DNA of 63,383 nucleotides, filler included, from Nitrospinota bacterium (GTDB lineage Bacteria > JAUXIQ01): the NCBI GenBank assembly GCA_030620925.1. It is 12 parts of 12 records of this genome, joined end to end, with 100 filler letters (N's around TTAATTAATTAA, not from the genome) between each part and the next. Parts side by side here need not be neighbours in the genome. Positions count along the whole stretch, not along the records: positions 28,854 to 38,144 come from JAUXIQ010000050.1; positions 38,245 to 41,711 come from JAUXIQ010000313.1; 10 more parts are not named here. One strand, 5' to 3'. Within the stretch, counting starts at the first letter, position 1; each line of letters opens with the position of its first letter. The notes beneath the pieces are model-generated. The model had not been told where the DNA came from, did no database searches, and worked only from the letters and a program-made list of their open reading frames with translations. The position numbers and the translations under genes were made by a program. Positions 29,660-39,873 of this stretch are shown here, in pieces.

Positions 29660-31321
29660 TTACTTGAAAGGATTTTCTATGACTTTCAGTGGATCGTAGC
29701 TGTAGCCGTAAGCCTCGCGCATGGTGCCCACAATTTCGCCCAGGGTGGCGTAAGCCTTGACGGCGTCAATTATTTCCGGCATAAGGTTGGCTTTTTCGCC
29801 CTGGTCTGCTTTTCTGCTCACCGCCTCAAGGGCGTTTCTGACCTTGGTGTTATCGCGTCGCTCCTTGAGCTCCCTCACTCGTTTGACCTGTATTTCGGTT
29901 GTCTCCGCCGGTATGCGGTGCACTCCGCCGGGGGTCTCCTTTTCCGCTTCAGAGACGAAAGCGTTAACGCCTACGGTGATCTGCTTAGATTCTTCCAGCT
30001 CTTTCTGGCGTTTGAGTGCGGCCTTTTCCATCTCCTTGTCGATCCATTCGGTGCGCATGGCTTCGTACATACCGCCCAACTCTTCTATTTGCGCCAATAT
30101 CTCCTCCGCCTTCTTTTCGATCACCCCGGTCAGTGATTCCACGTAATAGGAACCTCCCAGAGGGTCGGCCACGCGCGCCACGCCCGTCTCATAGGCCAGT
30201 ATCTGCTGGGTGCGCAGCGCCAGGAGCTGGGCTTCCTCGGTGGGGAGGGCTATCGGCTCGTCGTAGGAGCAGCAGTGGAGAGACTGCACTCCGGCCAGGA
30301 CGGCGGCCATCGCCTGGTAGGCGACACGGATGATGTTATTGAGCGGCTGTTGGGGCACCAGTGAGCAGCCGGCGGTGTGCACGGCGAACCTGAACTTGAG
30401 GGACCGGGGGTCCTGTGCCCCATACTTCTCTTTGAGTATCTTGGCCCACAGCTTACGGGCCGCCCTGAGCTTGGCCACCTCCTCGAAAAAATCGACGTGG
30501 GAGGAACAGTAGAAGGCCATGCGAGGTGCGAACTGGTCAATTTTCAGGCCCCGCTCCAGAGCCCCGTCTATGTAGCACATGGCCATGCCCAGCCCGAAGG
30601 CTACCTCCTGGGGAGCGTCGATGCCCTGTTCTCTCAAATCGTACATGTTTACGGTGGTGTTATACCAGTGGGGCATGTTGCGGGCCGTATACTCTATGCT
30701 GTCCACGCCCGTCTTGAGGGCCAGTTTCAAGGGCACGGCGGTCCTGAAGCCGCAGTAGCGGAAGTGCACGGGGTCGTTCTGTATGGTGCCCCTGAGAGTG
30801 GAGGGATCGATTCCTCTTTTCTCAGCCACCACCAGGTACTGGGCGAGAATGACCGGCGTAGAGCAGGAGGTGGTAATGAGGGACATGCTGGTCTTGTCTA
30901 TGGCGATGCCGTCCACGAGGTCTTCCATGTCCTCTAAGGAACAGAAGTTGCACCCGGTGACACCGATTTCGTCGAAAGCCCTCGGGTGGTCGGGGTCTAT
31001 CCCCATATGGCTGGGTATATCCAGGATAACGTTCAGCCCTCCAACCCCCTCCGCCATCTGAAACTTGAGCCTCTTATTGGTGTCGGAGGCGGTGCCGTAG
31101 CCGCAGACCTCGCGCCGGGTCCAATATTTACCCCGGTACATATCGGGATGAATCCCCCTGGTGTAAGGGTATTGTCCGGGGTCGGCTATTTCCTTTTGGT
31201 AATCGATTTGCTCCACGTCTTCCGGCGTATATCTATCAGAGACCGGCAGTCCGGACCATGTCTCCAACCTCTTCGGTTTCTCAAAGTAGGCATCTTCCAT
31301 GCCGCTGTTTTCTTCAGCCAT
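29660..31321 (-). CDS. B12-dependent acyl-CoA mutase large subunit - mutase 2
   Basis: PGQYPYTRGIH, GTIQND, FFEEVAKLRAAR, SYDEP, DPLGGSYY; close paralogue of 7894-9549. Confidence 0.92.
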   Translation of the reverse strand: MAEENSGMEDAYFEKPKRLETWSGLPVSDRYTPEDVEQIDYQKEIADPGQYPYTRGIHPDMYRGKYWTRREVCGYGTASDTNKRLKFQMAEGVGGLNVILDIPSHMGIDPDHPRAFDEIGVTGCNFCSLEDMEDLVDGIAIDKTSMSLITTSCSTPVILAQYLVVAEKRGIDPSTLRGTIQNDPVHFRYCGFRTAVPLKLALKTGVDSIEYTARNMPHWYNTTVNMYDLREQGIDAPQEVAFGLGMAMCYIDGALERGLKIDQFAPRMAFYCSSHVDFFEEVAKLRAARKLWAKILKEKYGAQDPRSLKFRFAVHTAGCSLVPQQPLNNIIRVAYQAMAAVLAGVQSLHCCSYDEPIALPTEEAQLLALRTQQILAYETGVARVADPLGGSYYVESLTGVIEKKAEEILAQIEELGGMYEAMRTEWIDKEMEKAALKRQKELEESKQITVGVNAFVSEAEKETPGGVHRIPAETTEIQVKRVRELKERRDNTKVRNALEAVSRKADQGEKANLMPEIIDAVKAYATLGEIVGTMREAYGYSYDPLKVIENPFK

Positions 31322-31359
31322 GATTATCCTCCAGGTCTCTTGTTACGTGCGTCTTAATT

Positions 31360-31626
31360 TCACATGGGTTTGGGCGGGTCTCCCCTCTCCTCCTCGTCCA
31401 TAACTTTCATGGAGTTTTTTCCCGACCCGCCGTCCTTATCAGCAGCTATCTCGCGGAGGTGCTTTTCCATGAGGTCCAATTTATCCAGCATCTCCTTGAG
31501 CAGCGGTTTGACCCCGAATATGGAAAAGGGTACTATTATCCACAGAATAGTAAGAAATAGACTCAGGCCCAGAAATGCCGCCATTAAGCCCCATATATAG
31601 CCTGGCATATCCTGCAGTAATTCCAT
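31360..31626 (-). CDS. Small membrane protein
   Basis: Hydrophobic N-terminal segment ending LWIIVPFSIFGVK, then a charged helix; GAGG RBS. Confidence 0.6.
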   Translation of the reverse strand: MELLQDMPGYIWGLMAAFLGLSLFLTILWIIVPFSIFGVKPLLKEMLDKLDLMEKHLREIAADKDGGSGKNSMKVMDEEERGDPPKPM

Positions 31627-31919
31627 CTCGACCTCTTTTTTATATAAAAAGGCTCTTTTGGTTAAACATCGTCTGTTTCACTTTCGCAATTAAGTGTAAG
31701 TATTAGCAAATTGAGAAGACCAGTTCAAGAAAAAACCTATGTTCGCTGAGGGGATGAGCGTTGAGAATATTAGGAACCCTTTTTTCCATAGGCCTCCCCG
31801 GATAACATCGAGCTCACTCAGAAGAGGCCATCCCCGGGGAACCGACGACGAGCTCTATACTGACCCCTCCCCCAATTCTGGCACGCCGAGGACAGGATTT
31901 GTCCAGTAATAATTTAATG

Positions 31920-31947
31920 TTGACAATGGGGCTTCATCACCTATAAT
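31920..31947 (+). promoter_or_regulatory. Consensus sigma70 promoter for the MaoC/PrpD/mutase-3 cluster
   Basis: TTGACA, 16 nt, TATAAT about 100 nt upstream of ATG 32048. Confidence 0.65.
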
Positions 31948-32047
31948 CGAAAGCGGACAGCTGTCACCTGCCAAACGTATTTACGGAGTATTCTTAGAGA
32001 TAAAGGCCTTAACCTGGGCGATTCGCTCATTCTGAGAGGAGGCGGGC

Positions 32048-32470
32048 ATGGTAGACCAGAGTCACATCGGTAAAGTTTTTGACCCCTTTGAGGTAGAAGT
32101 GGAGAAGGGAGCAATAATAAAATTTGCAGATGCCGTGGGAGATCAGAATCCCCTGTACAGTGATCGCAAAGGAGATTTGGAGGCTCCTCCCACGTTCGGA
32201 ACGACCTTCCGCCCCGCTGAAGGTTTCTTCCAGACCTTTACGGACCTGGATATAGACCTCACCAGGGTGCTCCACGGCGAGGAAGAATACGAATATTTAA
32301 AGCCTATTAAGCCCGGCGATACGTTGGTTTGCCAGACCAAGGTGGCGAATGTGTTTGAGAAATCGGGGAAGAGCGGGGGCATGGATTTCGTGGTGCTGGA
32401 GACGGAGTGCAAGAACCCCGCCGGTGAACTGGTGCTCATACAGCGGGGCACCATAGTGGTGAGGAAATAA
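32048..32470 (+). CDS. MaoC-like hot-dog dehydratase, N-terminal type
   Basis: VEKGAIIKFADAVGDQNPLY, APPTF, VLHGEEEYEYLKPIKPGD; GGAGG RBS. Confidence 0.85.
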   Translation: MVDQSHIGKVFDPFEVEVEKGAIIKFADAVGDQNPLYSDRKGDLEAPPTFGTTFRPAEGFFQTFTDLDIDLTRVLHGEEEYEYLKPIKPGDTLVCQTKVANVFEKSGKSGGMDFVVLETECKNPAGELVLIQRGTIVVRK

Positions 32471-32614
32471 CTGACCGCCGTTGTCTGTCAAGCCTCTGTA
32501 GGGTTATTATATTGAAAACGGGCTGTCGCCTTTCGCGTGCCCGTTTTCGTGTATAATAGACTAAAAGACCGGCGTATGACTTCTTAAACCAAAAGTATCG
32601 CAATAGAGGAAGAG

Positions 32615-34003
32615 ATGGGGATAACCGCCGAACTGGTGAACTTCTACCAGGGGTTAAAGTTTACGGGCCTTCCCCCGGAAGCCGCGGATAGAGCCAAATA
32701 CTTTCTGCTCGATTACCTTGGGGTAGCTGCCAGGGGCTCGCTTGAGGAGTCCTGCAAGGTCATGTACGGGACACTGCGGGCCATGCATCCCTCCGATGAC
32801 GGTTCGGTGATAATAGGGCGGAAGGGCCGGCTGCCGGCATACATAGCCGCCCTGGTCAACGGCACCTCAGGCCATAGTATCGAGCTGGACGATGTGAACA
32901 ACAGCGCATCCCTTCACCCCGCAGTGGCCATATTCCCTACCGCGTTAGCCGTGGCCCAGGAGCAGGGCAGCGGGCCGGAAGAATTCATCACCGCCGCGGT
33001 TGTCGGCTACGATGTTGCCGTTAGGCTGGGAATGGCCCTTGATCCCGCTATGCATTACGCTCATGGCTTCCACCCCACAGCCACCTGCGGTACGCTGGGA
33101 GCAGCGGCGACGGCGGCCAAGCTTCTGGGCCTGAATGAGGACCAGACGGCCTCCGCCCTGGGCGTTGCGGGTAGCCAGGCGGCGGGGTCGATGGAGTATT
33201 TGAGTAACGGCGCCTGGACCAAGCGTATGCATCCCGGTTGGGCGGCCCACAGCGGAATTACCGCCGCCTATCTGGCAAAAAACGGCTACGTGGGCCCCGC
33301 CACCATCATCGAAGGCAAATCGGGTTTCCTCCATTCATATTCCGACCATTCCAATCCCGGCGTGGTGCTTGAGGAATTGGGAGAGGTGTTCCACATCACC
33401 CGCACCAGCATCAAACCGCACGCCTGCTGCCGCTATAAACAGGCGGGCATAGACGGCGTGCTTAAAATAGTGGGAGAGAACGACCTCACCCCTGCCGATA
33501 TTAAGAAAATAAGGGTGGGCATTCTGTCCGGGGGGTGGGACATAGTGGTCGACCCGCCGGAACAGAAGCGCAACCCCCGCTCCACCGTTGACGCCCAGTT
33601 CAGCATGCCCTACGGGGCGGCGGTGGCGGTCGCACGACGCAGGGCATTCATAGACGAGTATCAGGTGGAATTATTGTCAGACCCGGTTTTAAAAGAGTTG
33701 ATGGGGAAAGTCGAGTGTTTCAAAGACCCCGATCTTGACAAGGAATACCCCGCCCACTGGCCGTCCAGGGTCGAAGTCGAAACGGTCGAGGGGGCCAAAC
33801 ACAGCGTAAAAGTGGATTTCCCGAAGGGGGACCCGGAGAACCCTCTCTCCTGGGAACAGATAGAAGATAAATTCAGATCACTGGGCTCTTCCGTTTATAG
33901 CGGTGAGCGATTGGAGGAGATTATAAAGACCGTAAGGGGCCTGGAAACGAAGGAGATGGGCGCCCTTTACGGGCTTCTGGAAGCCGATCCGCCCACCTCC
34001 TGA
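32615..34003 (+). CDS. MmgE/PrpD family protein
   Basis: NGTSGHSIELDD, HPAVA, GFHPTA, KRMHPGWAA, KPHACC, AQFSMPY, PKGDPENP. Confidence 0.92.
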   Translation: MGITAELVNFYQGLKFTGLPPEAADRAKYFLLDYLGVAARGSLEESCKVMYGTLRAMHPSDDGSVIIGRKGRLPAYIAALVNGTSGHSIELDDVNNSASLHPAVAIFPTALAVAQEQGSGPEEFITAAVVGYDVAVRLGMALDPAMHYAHGFHPTATCGTLGAAATAAKLLGLNEDQTASALGVAGSQAAGSMEYLSNGAWTKRMHPGWAAHSGITAAYLAKNGYVGPATIIEGKSGFLHSYSDHSNPGVVLEELGEVFHITRTSIKPHACCRYKQAGIDGVLKIVGENDLTPADIKKIRVGILSGGWDIVVDPPEQKRNPRSTVDAQFSMPYGAAVAVARRRAFIDEYQVELLSDPVLKELMGKVECFKDPDLDKEYPAHWPSRVEVETVEGAKHSVKVDFPKGDPENPLSWEQIEDKFRSLGSSVYSGERLEEIIKTVRGLETKEMGALYGLLEADPPTS

Positions 34004-34030
34004 AAGAAGGGCATCGAGGAGATATCCGAC

Positions 34031-35701
34031 ATGTATGAAAAGAAGAAGCTTGAGGAGATAAAAAAGGAGCGTGAGCGCTACGAAAAGACCACCCTGGAAA
34101 AAGTCCTCAGCAAGGTGCCGGAGAAGGACCGTAAGTTCACCAACCTGTCGGGGATAGAAATCAAGCGGCTCTATACCCCGGAGGACGTCAAGAGCAGTGA
34201 TTATCTCGGTGATATCGGCTTCCCCGGTGAGTATCCGTTCACCAGGGGGGTGTTCCCCGGCGGTTTCAGGAGCAGGGAGTGGACCAGGCGGCAGGTGTGC
34301 GGGTTCGGGACGCCGGTGGAGACGAACGAGCGATTGCGCTTCCTGTTCGAAAACGGGCAGACCGGCTTCAGCGTGGTCTTCGATCATCCCACCAACAACA
34401 ACCTGGATAGCGACCATGAGCTTTCCGTGGGTTTCGTGGGGCGCGAGGGTTGCCCCATAGACACCCTCTGGGACATGCAGACGCTGCTGGAGGGGTTGGA
34501 CCAGCGCGAAATATCCGCCAACCTGATCACGGGCTCGCCCTCCCTGTACGCCATGTACCTGGCCGTGGCCGACGAGCGGGAGGTGCCCCGGGATTGCCTG
34601 CGGGGGACACTGCAGAACTTCGCTCTCACCGGCTGGTCCAGCGGCCCCAAGGTGCGGGACAACATGCGATACAGCGTGGACCAGCTGGATTTCGCCGCCC
34701 TCCACCAGCCACTATGGAATCCCCTGAGCATATCCGTGCGAAACGTTCGCGACGGGGGCTGCACCGCCGTGCAGGAAGCGGCTTTCGGGCTTGCCGGGGG
34801 CATAGCCTATATCGAGCACATGCTGAAGCGCGGCCACGATATAGACAAGTTCGCCTCGCGCATCACATTCTTCCTTAATGCGCATAACGACCTCTTTGAG
34901 GAAGTAGCCAAGTACAGGGCCATGCGCCGCATGTGGGCTAGAATTCTTCGGGAACACTTCGGGGCAAAGGACCCCCGGTCGTGGATGATGCGATTCCACG
35001 TGCAGACTTCCGGCGATTCGCTCACTGCCCAGCAGCCCCTCAACAATATAGTGCGCACCAGCCTCCAGGCCCTGGCCGCCGTGCTGGGAGGGGCGCAGTC
35101 CATGCACGTGAACTCTGTGGACGAGGCCTTCGCCATACCCACCGAGGACGCCGCCGTGCTGAGCCTTCGCACCCAGCAGATAATCCTTTATGAGTCCGGC
35201 GTGGCCAACACCGTGGACCCCCTGGGCGGCTCCTATTTCGTGGAGCATCTCACCGACCGCATTGAAGAAGAGGTCAACCAGCTCATAGAGAAGATAGACG
35301 GCATGGGCGGCATGGTTGAAGCCTGCGCCTCGGGGTGGGTGGCCCGCCAGACACAGGATTCGGCGTGGGAATACCAGAAGCAGGTGGAGAGGAATGAGAG
35401 GATAGTGGTGGGGGTTAACGAGTTCCAGAGCGAGAAGGAGAGCATGCCCATAGAGGTTTTCGAGGTGGACCCCGTGCTGGAAAAGAAGCAGATTGAGCGC
35501 CTCAAAAAAGTTCTCAAAGAAAGGGATGAAGCGAAGGCGGAGAAAGCCAAGAAAGATCTGCTCGACGTATGCCGCGGCAAGGAGAACACCATGCCCGCCA
35601 CGATCGAGGCGGTTAAAGCCTACGTTTCAGTCGGCGAGATCGGGGGCATATATGATGAAGCCTTAGGGGAAGATCTTTCAAACGCCTGCGCCAGCCAGTA
35701 G
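34031..35701 (+). CDS. B12-dependent acyl-CoA mutase large subunit - mutase 3
   Basis: PGEYPFTRG, EEVAKYRAMRRMW, RFHVQTSG, QQPLNNIVR, NSVDEA, DPLGGSYF. Confidence 0.92.
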   Translation: MYEKKKLEEIKKERERYEKTTLEKVLSKVPEKDRKFTNLSGIEIKRLYTPEDVKSSDYLGDIGFPGEYPFTRGVFPGGFRSREWTRRQVCGFGTPVETNERLRFLFENGQTGFSVVFDHPTNNNLDSDHELSVGFVGREGCPIDTLWDMQTLLEGLDQREISANLITGSPSLYAMYLAVADEREVPRDCLRGTLQNFALTGWSSGPKVRDNMRYSVDQLDFAALHQPLWNPLSISVRNVRDGGCTAVQEAAFGLAGGIAYIEHMLKRGHDIDKFASRITFFLNAHNDLFEEVAKYRAMRRMWARILREHFGAKDPRSWMMRFHVQTSGDSLTAQQPLNNIVRTSLQALAAVLGGAQSMHVNSVDEAFAIPTEDAAVLSLRTQQIILYESGVANTVDPLGGSYFVEHLTDRIEEEVNQLIEKIDGMGGMVEACASGWVARQTQDSAWEYQKQVERNERIVVGVNEFQSEKESMPIEVFEVDPVLEKKQIERLKKVLKERDEAKAEKAKKDLLDVCRGKENTMPATIEAVKAYVSVGEIGGIYDEALGEDLSNACASQ

Positions 35702-35751
35702 AGACTCTTTGGGTGTTTTGATATGACCGAGAGATAAGGATAACTTAAGAT

Positions 35752-36165
35752 ATGATAGCTGACAGAAGGATAAGGGTGCTTTTAGCCAAACCGGGGTTGG
35801 ACGCCCAGCACGACAGAGGCTATTTCATTGTGGGCAGGGCCTTGAGAGAAGCGGGCATGGAGGTGATAATGGCGGGTAAATATCTTACCCCCGCCCAGAT
35901 AGCCCAGGCCTCCATACAGGAGGACGTGGATTTCATCGGCCTCAGCCTCCTCTCAGGCACGCCGCTGGCGATAGTGACGCCCCTCCTGGAACGACTCAAG
36001 GAAATGGCGGGAGAAAACATTCCCATCCTGCTGGGGGGCATCATCCCCAAAAGGGAGGTTCCGGAGCTTCAAAAGCTGGACATTCTGGGTCTGTTCGGCC
36101 CGGGAACGCCGACCAATAAAATAGTAGAGTTTATCCGACAGAAAGCCGGGGCGGCCAAAGAATAA
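35752..36165 (+). CDS. Cobalamin-binding small subunit with altered His loop
   Basis: RVLLAKPGLDAQHDRG, IGLSLLSG, LGGIIP, FGPGTP. Confidence 0.88.
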   Translation: MIADRRIRVLLAKPGLDAQHDRGYFIVGRALREAGMEVIMAGKYLTPAQIAQASIQEDVDFIGLSLLSGTPLAIVTPLLERLKEMAGENIPILLGGIIPKREVPELQKLDILGLFGPGTPTNKIVEFIRQKAGAAKE

Positions 36166-36242
36166 CCAGAGTCTTTTTTGGTTTTGAAATATGTTTTGGG
36201 TATTTGCATGCCTGCGCAGTTACTTCAAGGCGAGCCGGTATA

Positions 36243-37184
36243 ATGGGTGAGAACAGGATAGCTGTCATAGGAATGGGGCCTATAGGCTCTCTGATGGCGG
36301 CGCTGCTGCTGGCAGAAGGTGAAGACGTGATACTGGTGGGGAGGCCCAACGCTCACCTCCAGGCCGTAAGGGAGCATGGGCTGACGCTGCGGGGCGTCTT
36401 TGAGGCCGGTGTACGGCCTCAGAAGATATGCGATTCGGTGTCCGAGCTGAGAGAACACGACGTAGACCTGGTCTTCGTGACGGTGAAGACGCCCGACCTG
36501 TTGTCCCTGATGGATGAGCTTCAGCCTCTGCACCGGCCGGGAATCAGGTACGTCAGCGCGCAGAACGGGTTGGATACCGAGAAAGTCATTGCCGACCGGA
36601 TGGGCCCGGAATCGGCTTTCAGGATGGTCCTCAACATGGGTTCCTCCATAGTAGAGGAGGGGGTAATTGAAACCACCTTTTTCAACCGCCCCCATCAGTT
36701 GGGGTGTTTGACCGAGGAGAACCGCGAAGAGGGCCAGCGGATAGCCCGCATGCTTACCGATGCGGGGTTGGAGACCGTCTTCACCGATGATATAGACATG
36801 CTGATCTGGAAGAAGTCCATCATGAAATCCACCCTGGCCCCTATATGCGCCCTGGCGGATACCACGCTCAAGGGGAGCATAGACCACCCCATGACCAAAC
36901 AGGTGGCGGAGGGGGCGCTGCGGGAGGGAATCGAGGTGGCGCTGGCCGTGGGGATAGAACTCCCTCCCGACTTTTTCGAGCAGTGTATGGATTTTTTCAA
37001 CAGGGCGGGCTATCATAAAGACTCCATGCGTGTGGACATAGAGAACAGAAAACCAACCGAAATAGATTATCTGAACATTAAAATCATGGACTACGCCCGG
37101 CAGAAGAACATCCCCACCCCTTATCTCCTTACTACTGCCAGCCTGGTGAAAGCGCTGGAGTCGCAATACGCGAAGGATAAGTAG
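36243..37184 (+). CDS. Ketopantoate reductase (PanE/ApbA) family oxidoreductase
   Basis: IAVIGMGPIG, VTVK, AQNGL, IWKK, DSMRVDIENRKPTEIDYLN. Confidence 0.85.
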   Translation: MGENRIAVIGMGPIGSLMAALLLAEGEDVILVGRPNAHLQAVREHGLTLRGVFEAGVRPQKICDSVSELREHDVDLVFVTVKTPDLLSLMDELQPLHRPGIRYVSAQNGLDTEKVIADRMGPESAFRMVLNMGSSIVEEGVIETTFFNRPHQLGCLTEENREEGQRIARMLTDAGLETVFTDDIDMLIWKKSIMKSTLAPICALADTTLKGSIDHPMTKQVAEGALREGIEVALAVGIELPPDFFEQCMDFFNRAGYHKDSMRVDIENRKPTEIDYLNIKIMDYARQKNIPTPYLLTTASLVKALESQYAKDK

Positions 37185-37320
37185 CTTTACTTCACGTAGA
37201 AACGGCGCCGAGTGGGTGTATACTAGTTGTGTTTGGAGGATTAGCTTAAGCACCGCAGCGCGTTCGGCGGGGATGGTATATTAAAGGTAGTTTGAGGAGA
37301 CCTTTTTTCGAGGGTTAATC

Positions 37321-38144
37321 GTGCAGATCGATTACCGAAAGATAATAAAAGTCGTTTTATCGTTCCACGTGATTGTCCCCATCGTGATCGGCACGGTAAT
37401 AGGGTCGGTAATAGCCGCCCGGGGGAACCTCCCTTCAGTGGACCTCCTGGAGAACTATAAGCCCAGCACCATCACCCGGGTATACGACGTGAATAACGAG
37501 GTAGTAGCCGAATTTTACCATCAGCGCAGGACCGTCGTCCCCCTGTCCAGCATGCCTGACCACCTTATAAAAGCCGTGCTGGCGGTGGAAGACACCGATT
37601 TTTACAAACATCGGGGGCTGGATTTCTCGGGTATTGCCCGGGCCATGTGGCGGAATATCATGGCGGGGCGGATCAAGGAGGGCGGCAGCACCATCACGCA
37701 GCAGCTCTCCAAGCTGCTGTTTCTCACTCCCGAGAGGAGTTTCATGCGGAAACTAAAAGAGGCCATTCTGGCGCTGAGGATAGAGCGGCGCTACACTAAA
37801 GACGAAATCCTCGCACTCTACTTGAACCAGGTCTATCTGGGCGGCGGGGCCTACGGGGTGGAATCCGCCTCACGGCGCTATTTCGGGAAGGGGGTTTCCG
37901 ACATCAACCTTTCTGAAGCCTCCCTCCTCGCCGGTCTCTTGAGAGCACCCTCGGCTTACTCCCCCTTAAAGCATCCTGAGCGCGCCAAGCGCAGAAGGTC
38001 GCTGGTCCTTCGGCGCATGGTAGTGGAAAAATTCATTACCCGAGAGAAGGCCCAGCAAGTTAATTCCGAGCTGTTAAACGTCGTCGTAGGGGGTGGGGAG
38101 AGGATCAACAGGGCGCCATATTTTGTCGAATATATACGCCGATA
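37321..38144 (+). CDS. Class A penicillin-binding protein (PBP1A), transglycosylase part, 3'-truncated
   Basis: AVEDTDFYKHRG, GGSTITQQL, RKLKE, KDEILALYLN. Confidence 0.92.
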
Positions 38145-38244
38145 NNNNNNNNNNNNNNNNNNNNNNNNNNNNNNNNNNNNNNNNNNNNTTAATTAATTAA
38201 NNNNNNNNNNNNNNNNNNNNNNNNNNNNNNNNNNNNNNNNNNNN

Positions 38245-39873
38245 GGCGGCGCGCTTGAGGATGTACTTCAGCTCCGAACCTCGCACCTTGAATTTCAGGG
38301 GAATGGTAGCTACGAACTCCTGGAGAAGGTGGTCCAAAAACGGGGATCTCACCTCTAGCGAGTGAGCCATACTCATGCGGTCCACTTTTACCAGTATGTC
38401 ATCGGGCAGGTAGAACTGTATGTCGGCCCGCATCATCTCTGCCAGCCGCTCGAGACCCCTGTGCCCTTTTGCCCACTGTTCGACGGGGTCTTCCTCGGCT
38501 TCTCGCTGGATACGGGCGTTAAACCGGGGATCGTAAAGCCGCTCTTTCTCCTGAGGGCTGAAGGTGATGTACCAGCTTGCGAACCCGGTTTCGCCAAGGT
38601 TGGCAAGGTGCTCAGAGAATAGGCGCAGTTTCTTGGTGAAGCTATCCCCGTAGTATTCCGTCCCCTCCGGGAACATTCCCAGAAACTTTCCCAGCAGTTT
38701 CCCCCGGAGGGCTGCGGGCAGCAAAGAGGCATAGCGGGTCAGCCTGGCGGCGGCGTATCGCCTGTAGCCTCCCAGCGTCTCGTCGCATCCGTCACCGGAC
38801 AGGGCTACCGTCACCCTCTCCCTGGTCATTCTGGAGAGATGGTAGACGGGCAGCGCCGAGGAATCGCCGAAAGGCTCATCGAAATGCCGCACCAGCTCGG
38901 GCAGCGTCTCCTGCACGTTGTAATCCACCATTTTTTCGTACGCATCGGTTTCCAGCAGTGTGGCGACCCGCCCGGCGGCAGGCAGTTCGTTGAACGAGCG
39001 GTCGCTGAATCCGATGGAGAAAGATTTCACCGGCTTCTCCGATATGCGGCTCATGAGCGCCACTATAAGGCTGGAGTCGATTCCTCCGCTTAAAAAGGCC
39101 CCCAGGGAAACATCGCTCATGAGACGAATTTCCACCGATTCGTGAAGCAGCTCCAGGAGCCTTGCGGTGCATGCCTCTTCTCCCATGTTGACGGTCTCTC
39201 CCGGGGGCTCCCAGTAGCGGCGGAGTTCGAATTTTCCATTCTCCCAGACGGCCGTATGGGCGGGCAATAGTTTCCGCACCTCCTTATAGATGGTCAAGGG
39301 GGCGGGTATGAACTGATTGGTTAGGTAGCTGTCCAGCGCAGAGTAATCCAGGCCCTCCTCTACGAGTCCGGGGGTCAATATCGACTTTATCTCTGAACCG
39401 AATACTATTCCCTCCTTATGGAGGCTGTAAAAGAGCGGCTTCTGCCCCAGGCGATCGCGGGCAAGGAGCAGGCGCTTTTTATCTGTATCCCAGAGGGCAA
39501 AAGCGAACATTCCCCGCATGTAACGGGGGGCTTCTACTCCATATTCCTCGTAAAGATGGGGGATAACCTCGGTGTCAGAACGGGTGGTGAACTTGTGCCC
39601 CTTGCGTTCCAGCTCTTTGCGGAGGGCCAGGTAATTGTATATTTCACCGTTGTATACCACCGCCAGGGAGCGGGACTCGTTATACATGGGCTGTTCTCCG
39701 GTGTTCAGGTCGATTATGCTGAGTCTTCGATGGCCCAGGGCCGCATGCTCGTCCAGGTAGTGCCCCTCCGCGTCGGGGCCACGGTGCCTCACCGCGCTGC
39801 ACATCTTTTCCAGCGTGGAGCGGTCGGGAGCTTCCGCTCCCTGCCGGTGCACTATGCCGCAGATGCCGCACAT
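38245..39873 (-). CDS. asnB: Asparagine synthase (glutamine-hydrolysing) family amidotransferase, 3'-truncated
   Basis: MCGICG Ntn N-terminus, HRGPD, HRRLSIID, NGEIYN, FLSGGIDSS, KVDRMSMAHSLEVRSPFLD; in a glycosyltransferase operon, so probably modifies surface polysaccharide. Confidence 0.9.

Noticed and set aside
31878-31895. Sigma54 promoter (TGGCACG)
   Set aside because: Lacks the -12 TTGC element at the required spacing
31627-32047. Cobalamin riboswitch near the mutase genes
   Set aside because: No B12-box or conserved GGGAA/GCCACTG core found by eye here or in the other mutase-adjacent spacers; a covariance search would be decisive
7894-35701. Annotating the three mutases as methylmalonyl-CoA mutase (mutA/scpA)
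   Set aside because: Tyr89, Arg207 and His244 equivalents are absent, and no epimerase or MeaB gene is adjacent within the contigs
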